64,000 nucleotides of DNA from Shigella phage SH7: the sequence record KX828711; one strand, given 5' to 3'. The notes below the pieces were generated by a model that was given only the letters and a program-made list of their open reading frames with translations, did no database searches and was not told the origin of the DNA. The stretch's first letter is position 1. The number at the start of each line of letters is the position of its first letter. Made by a program: the position numbers and the translations under genes. Positions 10,517-18,640 of the stretch are shown piece after piece.

Positions 10517-11263
10517 TTATCCTCGGATAAGTTTAAAAATTGAACAATTTAGCGGGTATCCTCTTTTCAGTTTAAGTTTATCAATAAAAGACAAGTTTTG
10601 ATACCGCTCTACACCTTGAATAATTTTATCACACATATCATATTGCATTTCTGCTTCTGACAACTTTTTCACAATTTTCCAATCCGAGCCTTTAAGAAGA
10701 ACGTTCAGTTTAACAACTTCAGCGCCTTCTGCTATGCGAGAACCATCAATACGAGCTTTAAGTGCTATAATCCTTAGCTTAATATCAGAGGTCTGTTTTG
10801 ATTTAGAAAGCTGAGAAATGTGTTCAATTCGGTTTTCACGTTTTTTCTGTATAGCTTTAATTTGATTATAAGTCTTTTTGATTTTAGCCCATTTCTTTTC
10901 ATCTAAATTTAGTTTATGAACTTTTTTCGCAGATGAACGACCAATTCGCAAAGCAAATAAATCACGCTTTTCAATTAACTCTTCTAAAGTATAATCAGAA
11001 CGAAATGTATTATACTTTTTCTTTACTGCAATAACATTTCCTTTAATGTATCCAACGTTATTATCAAAACGTTCTAATGATAATTTCTCTCCTTCAATAC
11101 GATTATCAAAAGGTTCTCCTGAGTAAGCGCAAACTTTCTGATCTAAAATGTTCTTAATGTAATTGAAGTCTAAGTTAAAATCTTTAGAACGTCTTTTAGC
11201 AGATGCCTGAGTATGCTCTAAACGACGTTTAATTTTACGAATTTGATTATTAGACAGCTTCAT
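10517..11263 (-). CDS. basic, Lys-rich protein (Srd position)
   Basis: 248-aa ORF; position between dda and modA. Confidence 0.4.
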   Translation of the reverse strand: MKLSNNQIRKIKRRLEHTQASAKRRSKDFNLDFNYIKNILDQKVCAYSGEPFDNRIEGEKLSLERFDNNVGYIKGNVIAVKKKYNTFRSDYTLEELIEKRDLFALRIGRSSAKKVHKLNLDEKKWAKIKKTYNQIKAIQKKRENRIEHISQLSKSKQTSDIKLRIIALKARIDGSRIAEGAEVVKLNVLLKGSDWKIVKKLSEAEMQYDMCDKIIQGVERYQNLSFIDKLKLKRGYPLNCSIFKLIRG

Positions 11264-11298
11264 ATTTTTCTCACATCTTACGGACGGTTGACTACTAT

Positions 11299-11328
11299 AC
11301 TATAACATTTTTACTTTAACTTGTAAAC
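11299..11328 (-). promoter_or_regulatory. early promoter (GTTTACA, 17 nt, TATAGT)
   Basis: sequence upstream of 11263. Confidence 0.55.
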
Positions 11329-11343
11329 AACTTTATGTAAAAA

Positions 11344-11368
11344 TGCTTTAAAACTTTCGTGGTATAAT
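11344..11368 (+). promoter_or_regulatory. plus-strand MotA-box-like element (TGCTTTA, 12 nt, TATAAT) pointing into modA antisense
   Basis: aaTGCTTTAaaactttcgtggTATAATg on plus strand. Confidence 0.3.
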
Positions 11369-11385
11369 GAATCTAAGTCCTTCCG

Positions 11386-11988
11386 TTATAGATTAAATCC
11401 TTCAAAATCAAGAGTATAGATAGTATATGTTGAATACTTTTTATACTCATATCTATCTGCAATTCTAAATACACTTCCAGCTGGTATCATTACTTCTTGT
11501 TCATCTGAAACTAATTCCATATTACGATAACGATGGCTATCCGGAAACTTAAAGTTTGGATTGTATTCTTTACAGCGTAGAGCTTTTATGGCATACTCCT
11601 GGAAATTGAATACCATAGGAGCTTTGAATTCAAAAATAACCTGTGTGTTATACTCTAAACCGGAAGCAAAATGTAGAGCTATATTTTTATCATATGAAGC
11701 TGATACGACTTTATCAAATGTAATAATATCAATTCCTTGATTTAACACCTGCTTAGTCTCAGCTGGAACACCTCTCCAAAGAGGTTTATCGTTTGGAACC
11801 AAACGAGATTTGATTATTTCATTTAACCAAGAATGATCGTCTGGCTTATTAGTAATACAATGAATTAAAAGTTCAATTTCGGATAAATTAAATCCTTCGG
11901 AAAGTAATTCTTCACGAATAGAAGCACGCACCGATGCATCCATTGATTTGATTTTAAAATCTTTTAATTGCATTGCTGAATATTTCAT
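11386..11988 (-). CDS. modA: ADP-ribosyltransferase ModA
   Basis: 200 aa; R / S-x-S / E-x-E ART triad (LWRG, SASYD, EQEVMIP); size and order match T4. Confidence 0.7.
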   Translation of the reverse strand: MKYSAMQLKDFKIKSMDASVRASIREELLSEGFNLSEIELLIHCITNKPDDHSWLNEIIKSRLVPNDKPLWRGVPAETKQVLNQGIDIITFDKVVSASYDKNIALHFASGLEYNTQVIFEFKAPMVFNFQEYAIKALRCKEYNPNFKFPDSHRYRNMELVSDEQEVMIPAGSVFRIADRYEYKKYSTYTIYTLDFEGFNL

Positions 11989-12608
11989 TCAACTACCTCA
12001 ATATCATAAACTTTAAATGTTCCAAATGAATCGTGTAATTTTTCTTTTGAAATAGAAGTTATTCTATACTTTCCAATTGGAATCATCCATTCCTGTTCAC
12101 GCACAATCATCATTAAGTTATCAGTACGCTCTGAATCTAATCCATCAGTATCTTCATACGTGTACTTAAACTCAGTATTAGGAGAAGAAAGTATAATATC
12201 GCTGATATGGTCAGAATAATTAAAAGCTTTATCAGTTTTTAAGCGAAGTATTATTTTAGTAAAATATTCAGCGTAAGAAAAAGAACATGCTGTGAGCAAA
12301 CTAGTAGTAAATGAATCTACTCTATTCGTTGAAAACACTTCTCCAACTTGTAAATCTTTAATAAGTTCTTCTGTTGATTTTGATATACCACGATATAACT
12401 GATATGGTGATTTAGTTAAATGCTTTTTAATGATTTTATTCAATTGCCGATGAAGAGCTTCATTCTTTTTGGCTTCCATACATTGCCAAAGAATTGACTG
12501 CTCAAAGTCAGTAAATTTTTCACAGACTTTTTTATACATATCATATTGAAAATCAACGCTTTCAGCTTTTATAGATAACTGTTCAACATCTGCAAGATTA
12601 ATAATCAT
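11985..12608 (-). CDS. modB: ADP-ribosyltransferase ModB
   Basis: 207 aa; paralog of ModA (LYRG, STNRVDS, EQEWMIP). Confidence 0.7.
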   Translation of the reverse strand: MIINLADVEQLSIKAESVDFQYDMYKKVCEKFTDFEQSILWQCMEAKKNEALHRQLNKIIKKHLTKSPYQLYRGISKSTEELIKDLQVGEVFSTNRVDSFTTSLLTACSFSYAEYFTKIILRLKTDKAFNYSDHISDIILSSPNTEFKYTYEDTDGLDSERTDNLMMIVREQEWMIPIGKYRITSISKEKLHDSFGTFKVYDIEVVE

Positions 12609-12634
12609 GATAGCCTCCGTATACTTCAGAAGCT

Positions 12635-12664
12635 ATCATATCATCGTTAGAAAGGAAAGTAAAC
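12635..12664 (-). promoter_or_regulatory. early promoter (TTTACT, 17 nt, TATGAT)
   Basis: sequence. Confidence 0.5.
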
Positions 12665-12675
12665 AACTTTTTGAA

Positions 12676-12858
12676 TTATTTTGCCCAGGGAGCCCAGGGC
12701 GGAGGGTCAAGATGGTATGAAGCTAGTTCTTCTAGAAGAGCATCTGGGGCTTCAATTCCATAATTCTGTAATACTATACGGTACTCTTTCTTATAATCAC
12801 TAGAATCATTCTGGATATTCGTAGAATGATTATCTTCTAACATCTCAAATAAATCCAT
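12676..12858 (-). CDS. small hypothetical protein
   Basis: 60-aa ORF. Confidence 0.3.
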   Translation of the reverse strand: MDLFEMLEDNHSTNIQNDSSDYKKEYRIVLQNYGIEAPDALLEELASYHLDPPPWAPWAK

Positions 12859-12866
12859 ATTAATTC

Positions 12867-13337
12867 CTAGCGATAAAAACCAAATTGACGATTAGCTTCA
12901 ATAATCTTTCTTTCTTCTTCTGACATTCTCCAGCGTAGTCCAACATCAAAATGAGCCCAGACCATCTTAACAAATGCATCTATATCTTTAATATCTTCAA
13001 TAATGAATGTTTTACTTTTAGAAGGTTGACTCACTAATTTAACTTTATCGTCTTCAAACATGTCAAAAAGACCATATTCATGAGCTCTTTTATAACCTTT
13101 AATAGTTAAAGCTTCAGAAGAAGAAAACGGCGAATCAGTATTCTGCAAAATATCTTCAGTATGCTTTATAATTAGAATAATATTTTCTGGATATTTTCTT
13201 TCTTTTATATCTTTAATTAAAAAATCCGGATTTTCTGCCAAAGGAATAATTAATGAGCATTTTTTATCAAGTGTATTTACTGATTTACCTTCTTTAGACA
13301 TAAATTCTATTGAATAATGTTTTGCTACTTCAATCAT
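12867..13337 (-). CDS. hypothetical protein
   Basis: 156-aa ORF. Confidence 0.4.
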   Translation of the reverse strand: MIEVAKHYSIEFMSKEGKSVNTLDKKCSLIIPLAENPDFLIKDIKERKYPENIILIIKHTEDILQNTDSPFSSSEALTIKGYKRAHEYGLFDMFEDDKVKLVSQPSKSKTFIIEDIKDIDAFVKMVWAHFDVGLRWRMSEEERKIIEANRQFGFYR

Positions 13338-13490
13338 GTGATTTCCTTTTGCCTACTAATGGACCATCGGGAATTTTGTTTTCCTGGATATATTTCTCAT
13401 TTTCTTCCATCATTTTACTGCCAATTTTAAGAAGCAAATCCATTGCTTCATTTACTTTAGCTTTAGCCTCTTCTAGCGTCATATCTCTGT

Positions 13491-13694
13491 TCATGATTTA
13501 TCCCCATAGATGTCTCTCATCAATTTAAGCGCCGAGCGTTCTAATTTCTTTTCTTTCTCAGCATTAATCATTGATTTCATCCATTCTTCCGATTCGTTCT
13601 GCATTTCTTTATTTGCTTGTTCAACCCAACCATCATCAATATACATTGAGTTTGGTCTATTGAACCATTCAAGCATTTTCTTCAGAACTTTCAT
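13491..13694 (-). CDS. small hypothetical protein
   Basis: 67-aa ORF. Confidence 0.35.
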   Translation of the reverse strand: MKVLKKMLEWFNRPNSMYIDDGWVEQANKEMQNESEEWMKSMINAEKEKKLERSALKLMRDIYGDKS

Positions 13695-14166
13695 TTGTTT
13701 TACCTAAAACAATAGTAGGAGCATCGTCAAATTCATGAATTTTTAGCAATTTTGGATTTAAATTATTCCATACATAATAAATGAAGTATGATAAAGCATC
13801 TTCACTCGCAATTATAAATTTATTTCCTTTATCTATTTTCCAGTCATATACTGAATCGTACGAATAAAAAGATAAAGGGTTATCATTATACTGTTCTGCG
13901 CTAACATTGATGTATTCGGATTTAGTAAATGCTTCAATTGCTCTAAACGGACTATTTGGAACAGTTTCAATAATTCCGATCTTTTTAAGTTTTATTTCAG
14001 CATCTTCTGGAACTGGCATTGAAACGAAATTTTCTACGAGATACATAGGATTACGATAACCCTTATCAATAATTACAGCTACAGTAATTGGAACATCTTT
14101 AGCAAATGACATGCTATTACTGCTAATATACATTTCAAACAAAATCGCTTCCATAATTTTCCTCAA
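13669..14166 (-). CDS. hypothetical protein
   Basis: 165-aa ORF. Confidence 0.4.
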   Translation of the reverse strand: MRKIMEAILFEMYISSNSMSFAKDVPITVAVIIDKGYRNPMYLVENFVSMPVPEDAEIKLKKIGIIETVPNSPFRAIEAFTKSEYINVSAEQYNDNPLSFYSYDSVYDWKIDKGNKFIIASEDALSYFIYYVWNNLNPKLLKIHEFDDAPTIVLGKTNESSEENA

Positions 14167-14504
14167 TCACAAGATGTAGATGAACAGCTAGAATCACAAG
14201 AACTTCCGCATGAATCACCTGCCCATACATGAACAGGGACATTTGTATCATATGAATCAGAACTAGACTGTGTATTCTGTGTATTAGATGATGTAGTAGG
14301 TACTGACCAGCGCCAAGGATTTTTATAATATTCTTGGGCTTCTTCATAAGTCATAGTAACTGCTTCTACTGTTCCATCTCCCATATAAACATATTCAACT
14401 ACAGTTAAAGGGAGATAGTCATTTGAAATAGGAACTACACCTTCCCCAGGAGTTGTAGAGAAAAAATCCGTAAAGAAACTTTTAAACCAATTAAAGATAA
14501 ACAT
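14163..14504 (-). CDS. hypothetical protein with hydrophobic N-terminus and Cys/Ser-rich C-terminal tail
   Basis: 113-aa ORF ending [19 protein letters not shown]. Confidence 0.4.
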   Translation of the reverse strand: MFIFNWFKSFFTDFFSTTPGEGVVPISNDYLPLTVVEYVYMGDGTVEAVTMTYEEAQEYYKNPWRWSVPTTSSNTQNTQSSSDSYDTNVPVHVWAGDSCGSSCDSSCSSTSCD

Positions 14505-14710
14505 TACAAAAAGCCTCTTTTGAATTCGACTTGCTTTTCGCCATAATCATATCGAATTTCTGCATTAAATTCGACAGAACCATCTGCGTACATCATAAAT
14601 GAATGCACAACAACTTCTGTAGACCATGGTTGCAATTCATATTTCTTCATTACATGCCGTGAAATGATAATATCTAAATCTTCATTTGGTTTAATCCAGC
14701 GATTTAACAT
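14504..14710 (-). CDS. small hypothetical protein
   Basis: 68-aa ORF; early promoter upstream. Confidence 0.4.
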   Translation of the reverse strand: MLNRWIKPNEDLDIIISRHVMKKYELQPWSTEVVVHSFMMYADGSVEFNAEIRYDYGEKQVEFKRGFL

Positions 14711-14736
14711 AGTGCTCTCCTCTATAAGATAATTCT

Positions 14737-14766
14737 ATTATACCATACTCATTTTGGAAAGTAAAC
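14737..14766 (-). promoter_or_regulatory. early promoter (TTTACT, 17 nt, TATAAT)
   Basis: sequence. Confidence 0.55.
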
Positions 14767-14780
14767 CGTTTAAATGAAAA

Positions 14781-14800
14781 AGGACTCCCGAAGGAGTCCT
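14781..14800 (-). terminator. UUCG-tetraloop hairpin 3' of soc
   Basis: aggactcc-cgaa-ggagtcct. Confidence 0.6.
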
Positions 14801-14805
14801 TGAAT

Positions 14806-15051
14806 TTATTCACCAGTTACTTTCCACAAATCTTCATTTGCAGCAATCCATTCAGTACGTTGATTTTCTTCATATACTGTAGAATATGCTGCTTTTTCTG
14901 AAGGGAATGTCTGGTAATGAGCGCCAGAAATTTTGTGAACGTCAGAATAAAGAGGGAAAGCTACAGAAATTTCCTTTCCTTCAATTTTCTTATTTCCATC
15001 TAATTTCTGCTCAAATGTTTTGATATTAACATAACCGCGAGTACTAGCCAT
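14806..15051 (-). CDS. soc: small outer capsid protein
   Basis: 81 aa; late promoter upstream; recognised sequence. Confidence 0.8.
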   Translation of the reverse strand: MASTRGYVNIKTFEQKLDGNKKIEGKEISVAFPLYSDVHKISGAHYQTFPSEKAAYSTVYEENQRTEWIAANEDLWKVTGE

Positions 15052-15081
15052 GTAATTCTCCTTTTATTTAAATTACATGAT

Positions 15082-15089
15082 TATTTATA
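15082..15089 (-). promoter_or_regulatory. late promoter TATAAATA for soc
   Basis: plus-strand tatttata about 30 nt upstream of soc start. Confidence 0.6.
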
Positions 15090-15134
15090 ATAAATTCTCG
15101 CGGCTTTTAAGTCGTCGTTTATTTAAACGAGCTA

Positions 15135-15653
15135 TTAATAACCTCGATCTTGACGAGCGAAGTTTTCAGCATTTTTCAGATAATAAAGTTTAAAGATTTC
15201 CTCAGCTGACATTCCAAGAGCAATGAATTTATTCATGAAAAAGTGAAATTGGTCAATTAGTTCAAATTTAATTTCAAGTTGATCTTCAGGAGATAAATCT
15301 TGAATTTTCTTGGATTGCATTTCAGAATAACGTTTCTTCCAAGGTTTCCATACAGCAGAAGCTTCTTTTTCACCATTACTCATACCACCAAGAGAAGTAT
15401 ATAGCTCGCGAGTTTCGTCTGCGATATAATCGTCTTGGTTTCGCAGCCAAGCAAGAACTTCTCCTGCAGTTTCAAGTGAATCAGGATGACGATTTGTTTC
15501 TGGTTTATCATTAGCCAAACGAATCTGTAAATGCCGCTGCATGTCAAGCATAACCTGCAATGGGTCAATACTGTGCATAATATACTCAGCATATGCACGA
15601 TTTGCTTTATCAACACCTTCGATCAAATGAGCACATTCATTAAAGTAAGCCAT
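15135..15653 (-). CDS. 56: dCTP pyrophosphatase (MazG-like)
   Basis: start taken at internal Met (MAYFNE...); the 203-aa track ORF has a hydrophobic 31-aa read-through extension. Confidence 0.7.
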   Translation of the reverse strand: MAYFNECAHLIEGVDKANRAYAEYIMHSIDPLQVMLDMQRHLQIRLANDKPETNRHPDSLETAGEVLAWLRNQDDYIADETRELYTSLGGMSNGEKEASAVWKPWKKRYSEMQSKKIQDLSPEDQLEIKFELIDQFHFFMNKFIALGMSAEEIFKLYYLKNAENFARQDRGY

Positions 15654-15724
15654 TATTTTTCCTTTCAATTCATGGATTAGTAGATTAATTATACAATAAA
15701 TATATAAAGCAATAAGGAGGACAT

Positions 15725-15925
15725 ATGGTACAAAAATTAATGGCACTTGTTAATGCCATAAAAGGTAATAAGAAACGTATAGCTTTTACTATTTCTGCTA
15801 TGGTAGGAATTTTACTCTGGAACTTTATTTTATCACCTGTTGCAATTGCGCATGGTATTAATATTCCAGTAGTTACTCTTGATACATTCGTAGATTTAGC
15901 ATTTGCTTTAGTTGGGTTAATTTAA
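15725..15925 (+). CDS. plus-strand small membrane protein (66 aa, two hydrophobic segments)
   Basis: perfect SD AAGGAGG 5 nt before ATG; only convincing plus-strand gene in window; 3' end overlaps primase stop by 3-4 nt. Confidence 0.5.
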   Translation: MVQKLMALVNAIKGNKKRIAFTISAMVGILLWNFILSPVAIAHGINIPVVTLDTFVDLAFALVGLI

Positions 15926-16950
15926 ATCTTAGCATATTTAGATAGCCGCATTTTAGCCATCAACCCCTGGGCAATATTATTTTTCATATATTCCATAATT
16001 TGTTCAGGGGTTGCACCTTCCTTTCTAATCATATCATTAACATCTTTTGATTTCCAGGGAGATTTATCCCAAAACATAACCCTTTCTCCTGCATCAACTA
16101 ATTTAGTCATTCGTTTAATAGTGTCAGGGTGACGAGGTTCATTATCTAAAACCCACACACGTCTATCTTTAAATGGAACAATTTCTAGGTCTAATTGACC
16201 GCCAGTAATGGCTATACCATTTTCAATAAAAAGTGAATCGATAGGTCCTTCTAGAACATATACATCACCATCTTTAACCCGTTCGACACCATAGATTTTT
16301 GTTGCCTCAGGATAAGCTTTGATGGTGATATATTTTTGAGGAGCATCTTTCTTTAATGCACGTCCTTGAAAAGACTCAGCTTTTCCATTAGCATTATAAA
16401 TTGGAATAACAAGACGAGGCTCAGGTATTTCCTTTTTATATGTTCCTGGTGCTATGCTATTAACTAATTTAGGCCATTCAGTTGTAAACCAAAGATATTT
16501 CCATTTATCCTTTGGAATACAACGAGCTTTTACATATTTTATAATTGGATGGTCTTCCGTCAGTTTATCTAATCTAACACATGACGGAAGAGATTTAATT
16601 ATTTTCTTCTCAAGTTGTTTAGGAAGTTCTTTAGGTTTTTCTACTGGACGACTTTTACCTTTTTCTTTTCTTATTTCAAAGATATACTCACGATATAAAT
16701 CGGGTTCAAACTCCTTTAAATATATTCCGATTGGTGCATGATAGTTACAGTTATAACAATGAATATTTCCTTCATTATTATCGCCATAATACCATCCACG
16801 GGCTTTATTTTGGTCGGTTTTTGAATCTCCACAAACAGGGCATCTAAACCGTAATTTAAAAGTTGAACTATTATTTACTTGCGCGAATTTAGGTAAATGA
16901 GCTAATGCACGGTATGCAAACTCATTATCAATCCAAGGTATTGATGACAT
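15922..16950 (-). CDS. 61: DNA primase
   Basis: 342 aa; zinc ribbon CPVCGDS...HCYNCNYH; TOPRIM-like core; adjacent to helicase 41 cluster. Confidence 0.85.
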   Translation of the reverse strand: MSSIPWIDNEFAYRALAHLPKFAQVNNSSTFKLRFRCPVCGDSKTDQNKARGWYYGDNNEGNIHCYNCNYHAPIGIYLKEFEPDLYREYIFEIRKEKGKSRPVEKPKELPKQLEKKIIKSLPSCVRLDKLTEDHPIIKYVKARCIPKDKWKYLWFTTEWPKLVNSIAPGTYKKEIPEPRLVIPIYNANGKAESFQGRALKKDAPQKYITIKAYPEATKIYGVERVKDGDVYVLEGPIDSLFIENGIAITGGQLDLEIVPFKDRRVWVLDNEPRHPDTIKRMTKLVDAGERVMFWDKSPWKSKDVNDMIRKEGATPEQIMEYMKNNIAQGLMAKMRLSKYAKI

Positions 16951-16952
16951 TT

Positions 16953-17117
16953 TTACTCTTCTTTTTCTTTAGATTCCTCTTTCTTCTTTTTAGGAATCTG
17001 TTCAGGACCTTTATTTACTACAGCGCCTGACGTTGTTCCAGTAGAGATATTTTCAGGATTACCACCTGAATCTCCAGCTACCATATCTTCTTTAATAAAT
17101 TCTTTATATGTTTTCAT
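16953..17117 (-). CDS. 54-aa protein with internal-protein-like capsid-targeting N-terminus (MKTYKEFIKE) and Lys/Glu-rich tail
   Basis: own translation; not in ORF track; N-terminus near-identical to the MKTYQEFI(A/T)E starts of the two ip genes at 60.6-61.4 kb. Confidence 0.45.
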   Translation of the reverse strand: MKTYKEFIKEDMVAGDSGGNPENISTGTTSGAVVNKGPEQIPKKKKEESKEKEE

Positions 17118-17118
17118 A

Positions 17119-17475
17119 TTAACCTCTATTCATAAAAGCATTAAAAATTTGGTCATCAATAGATGGAATAGCAACCTTTTCTACATCATTTAACAAATCA
17201 TTAATTTCATCAGATAGCATAACGCATGTACCTTTATTTCCTGTAATTGTTACTGCACAATTACGAACGTTTTCTTTATCAAATTTTAGGTTAATATTTT
17301 CGTAGTGAAAATCCTTTAATGCCGAATATATTTTTAAAATGAAATTGTCTTTTACTACAATAAACCCAACCTCACTATTAAAACGCGGTTCATGGAAGCT
17401 GTAATAAATCTTTTCATCTATGAAATCGTATGAAATTTTTTCCATTTTTAAATATGAAAATTCAGAACTATACAT
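17119..17475 (-). CDS. hypothetical protein (61.x cluster)
   Basis: 118-aa ORF. Confidence 0.4.
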   Translation of the reverse strand: MYSSEFSYLKMEKISYDFIDEKIYYSFHEPRFNSEVGFIVVKDNFILKIYSALKDFHYENINLKFDKENVRNCAVTITGNKGTCVMLSDEINDLLNDVEKVAIPSIDDQIFNAFMNRG

Positions 17476-17487
17476 ACTAACCTCTAA

Positions 17488-17781
17488 TTACTCACCTACC
17501 ACTTCAGCGATGATATTTTTATTATTAAAGTTTTTATCGCAATACAGAACATAATTATACTGCATTACACCGCCAGACTTAAGCTGTTTTTGCACTTCAG
17601 CTTTCATTTCAGGACGATCACGCTCAACGATATTCATAATATCTGCTTCAATTTGAGTTTCAACTTCAGTCTGATCTGCAGTCATAGACCACTCACACAA
17701 ATCTTTGTCATAACCCGCCATAGCAGGCTGAGCAGCGCAAGAAGATAAGGCAAAAATTGTAGCAAAGATAAATTTTTTCAT
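17488..17781 (-). CDS. predicted lipoprotein
   Basis: 97-aa ORF; signal peptide with lipobox LSSC. Confidence 0.45.
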   Translation of the reverse strand: MKKFIFATIFALSSCAAQPAMAGYDKDLCEWSMTADQTEVETQIEADIMNIVERDRPEMKAEVQKQLKSGGVMQYNYVLYCDKNFNNKNIIAEVVGE

Positions 17782-17836
17782 GATAATCTCCTCAGTAGCT
17801 TATGTTTATAGTATCTCAATTTTCAACAAAAGCAAA

Positions 17837-18091
17837 CTATTTTATTTCCTCAAGTTCGTTAATCAATAAAAGTTCTCTGACGCTAAAAACAAAGAAAAAT
17901 GTGTTCCCATCAACCAGAGCATGACCGCTAATAGAACACCCTCTGCGGAATTTAGAAACTTCACAATCTAGAACTGTAAAGGGTTTTAATCCTATGACTT
18001 TAGCTGTGCGTCTATTCAGTTCACAACCACTTGCGAATTTTTCCAAATCTTCTTCTGATTTAAACTGATATTCTCTATTAACTAGCATCAT
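17837..18091 (-). CDS. hypothetical protein (61.x cluster)
   Basis: 84-aa ORF. Confidence 0.4.
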   Translation of the reverse strand: MMLVNREYQFKSEEDLEKFASGCELNRRTAKVIGLKPFTVLDCEVSKFRRGCSISGHALVDGNTFFFVFSVRELLLINELEEIK

Positions 18092-18122
18092 TTTCTTTTC
18101 TCCGCGATTAGCTGATAGAATT

Positions 18123-18152
18123 ACTATAACACAACTCTATCAGCTTGTAAAT
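18123..18152 (-). promoter_or_regulatory. early promoter (TTTACA, 17 nt, TATAGT)
   Basis: sequence. Confidence 0.5.
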
Positions 18153-18154
18153 TA

Positions 18155-18439
18155 CTATTTTACTATCATCAATAACTGTTTCTCTAACTTGACTATTTTA
18201 CGAAAGTATCTTTTGCATTGACGAATCTGTCGCTTCGTAGGGCGCACAGCAAACTTAATAAATTCCACTCGACCAAATGGAGGGCTTTCTTCTGCTGGAA
18301 TATCTAACACCAATTCCCACGTATCCGCAATAAGTGCCTTGAATTGAGTATTTTTCCTAACATTATACGGAGTAGGTTTAAATAAAACCGTATGCATATT
18401 ATCCTCGGCAATCCACTTCACATACTTTCTTGTCATCAA
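18155..18439 (-). CDS. hypothetical basic protein (61.x cluster)
   Basis: 94-aa ORF. Confidence 0.4.
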   Translation of the reverse strand: MMTRKYVKWIAEDNMHTVLFKPTPYNVRKNTQFKALIADTWELVLDIPAEESPPFGRVEFIKFAVRPTKRQIRQCKRYFRKIVKLEKQLLMIVK

Positions 18440-18581
18440 TGAAAGCTTTAACTAATGCTTTATTAACTTCAGCATATTGAGTAGTAGCCCATTGAACGTC
18501 ATCTTTCATCATTGTGATTTCTTTAGTAAACATGCTTTCATTCTTAAACCACCCCATAAAAACTACCTTTACCAATTCCAT
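18399..18581 (-). CDS. dmd: Dmd-like 60-aa protein (antitoxin against host RnlA/LsoA in T4)
   Basis: 60 aa; location just downstream of gene 41 with its own early promoter; assignment from recalled T4 gene order and size. Confidence 0.55.
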   Translation of the reverse strand: MELVKVVFMGWFKNESMFTKEITMMKDDVQWATTQYAEVNKALVKAFIDDKKVCEVDCRG

Positions 18582-18610
18582 AACAATCTCCTCATTTAAC
18601 CAACAAGACT

Positions 18611-18640
18611 ACTATACCATAGTCTTGTCAGCTTGTAAAC
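18611..18640 (-). promoter_or_regulatory. early promoter (TTTACA, 17 nt, TATAGT)
   Basis: sequence. Confidence 0.55.
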
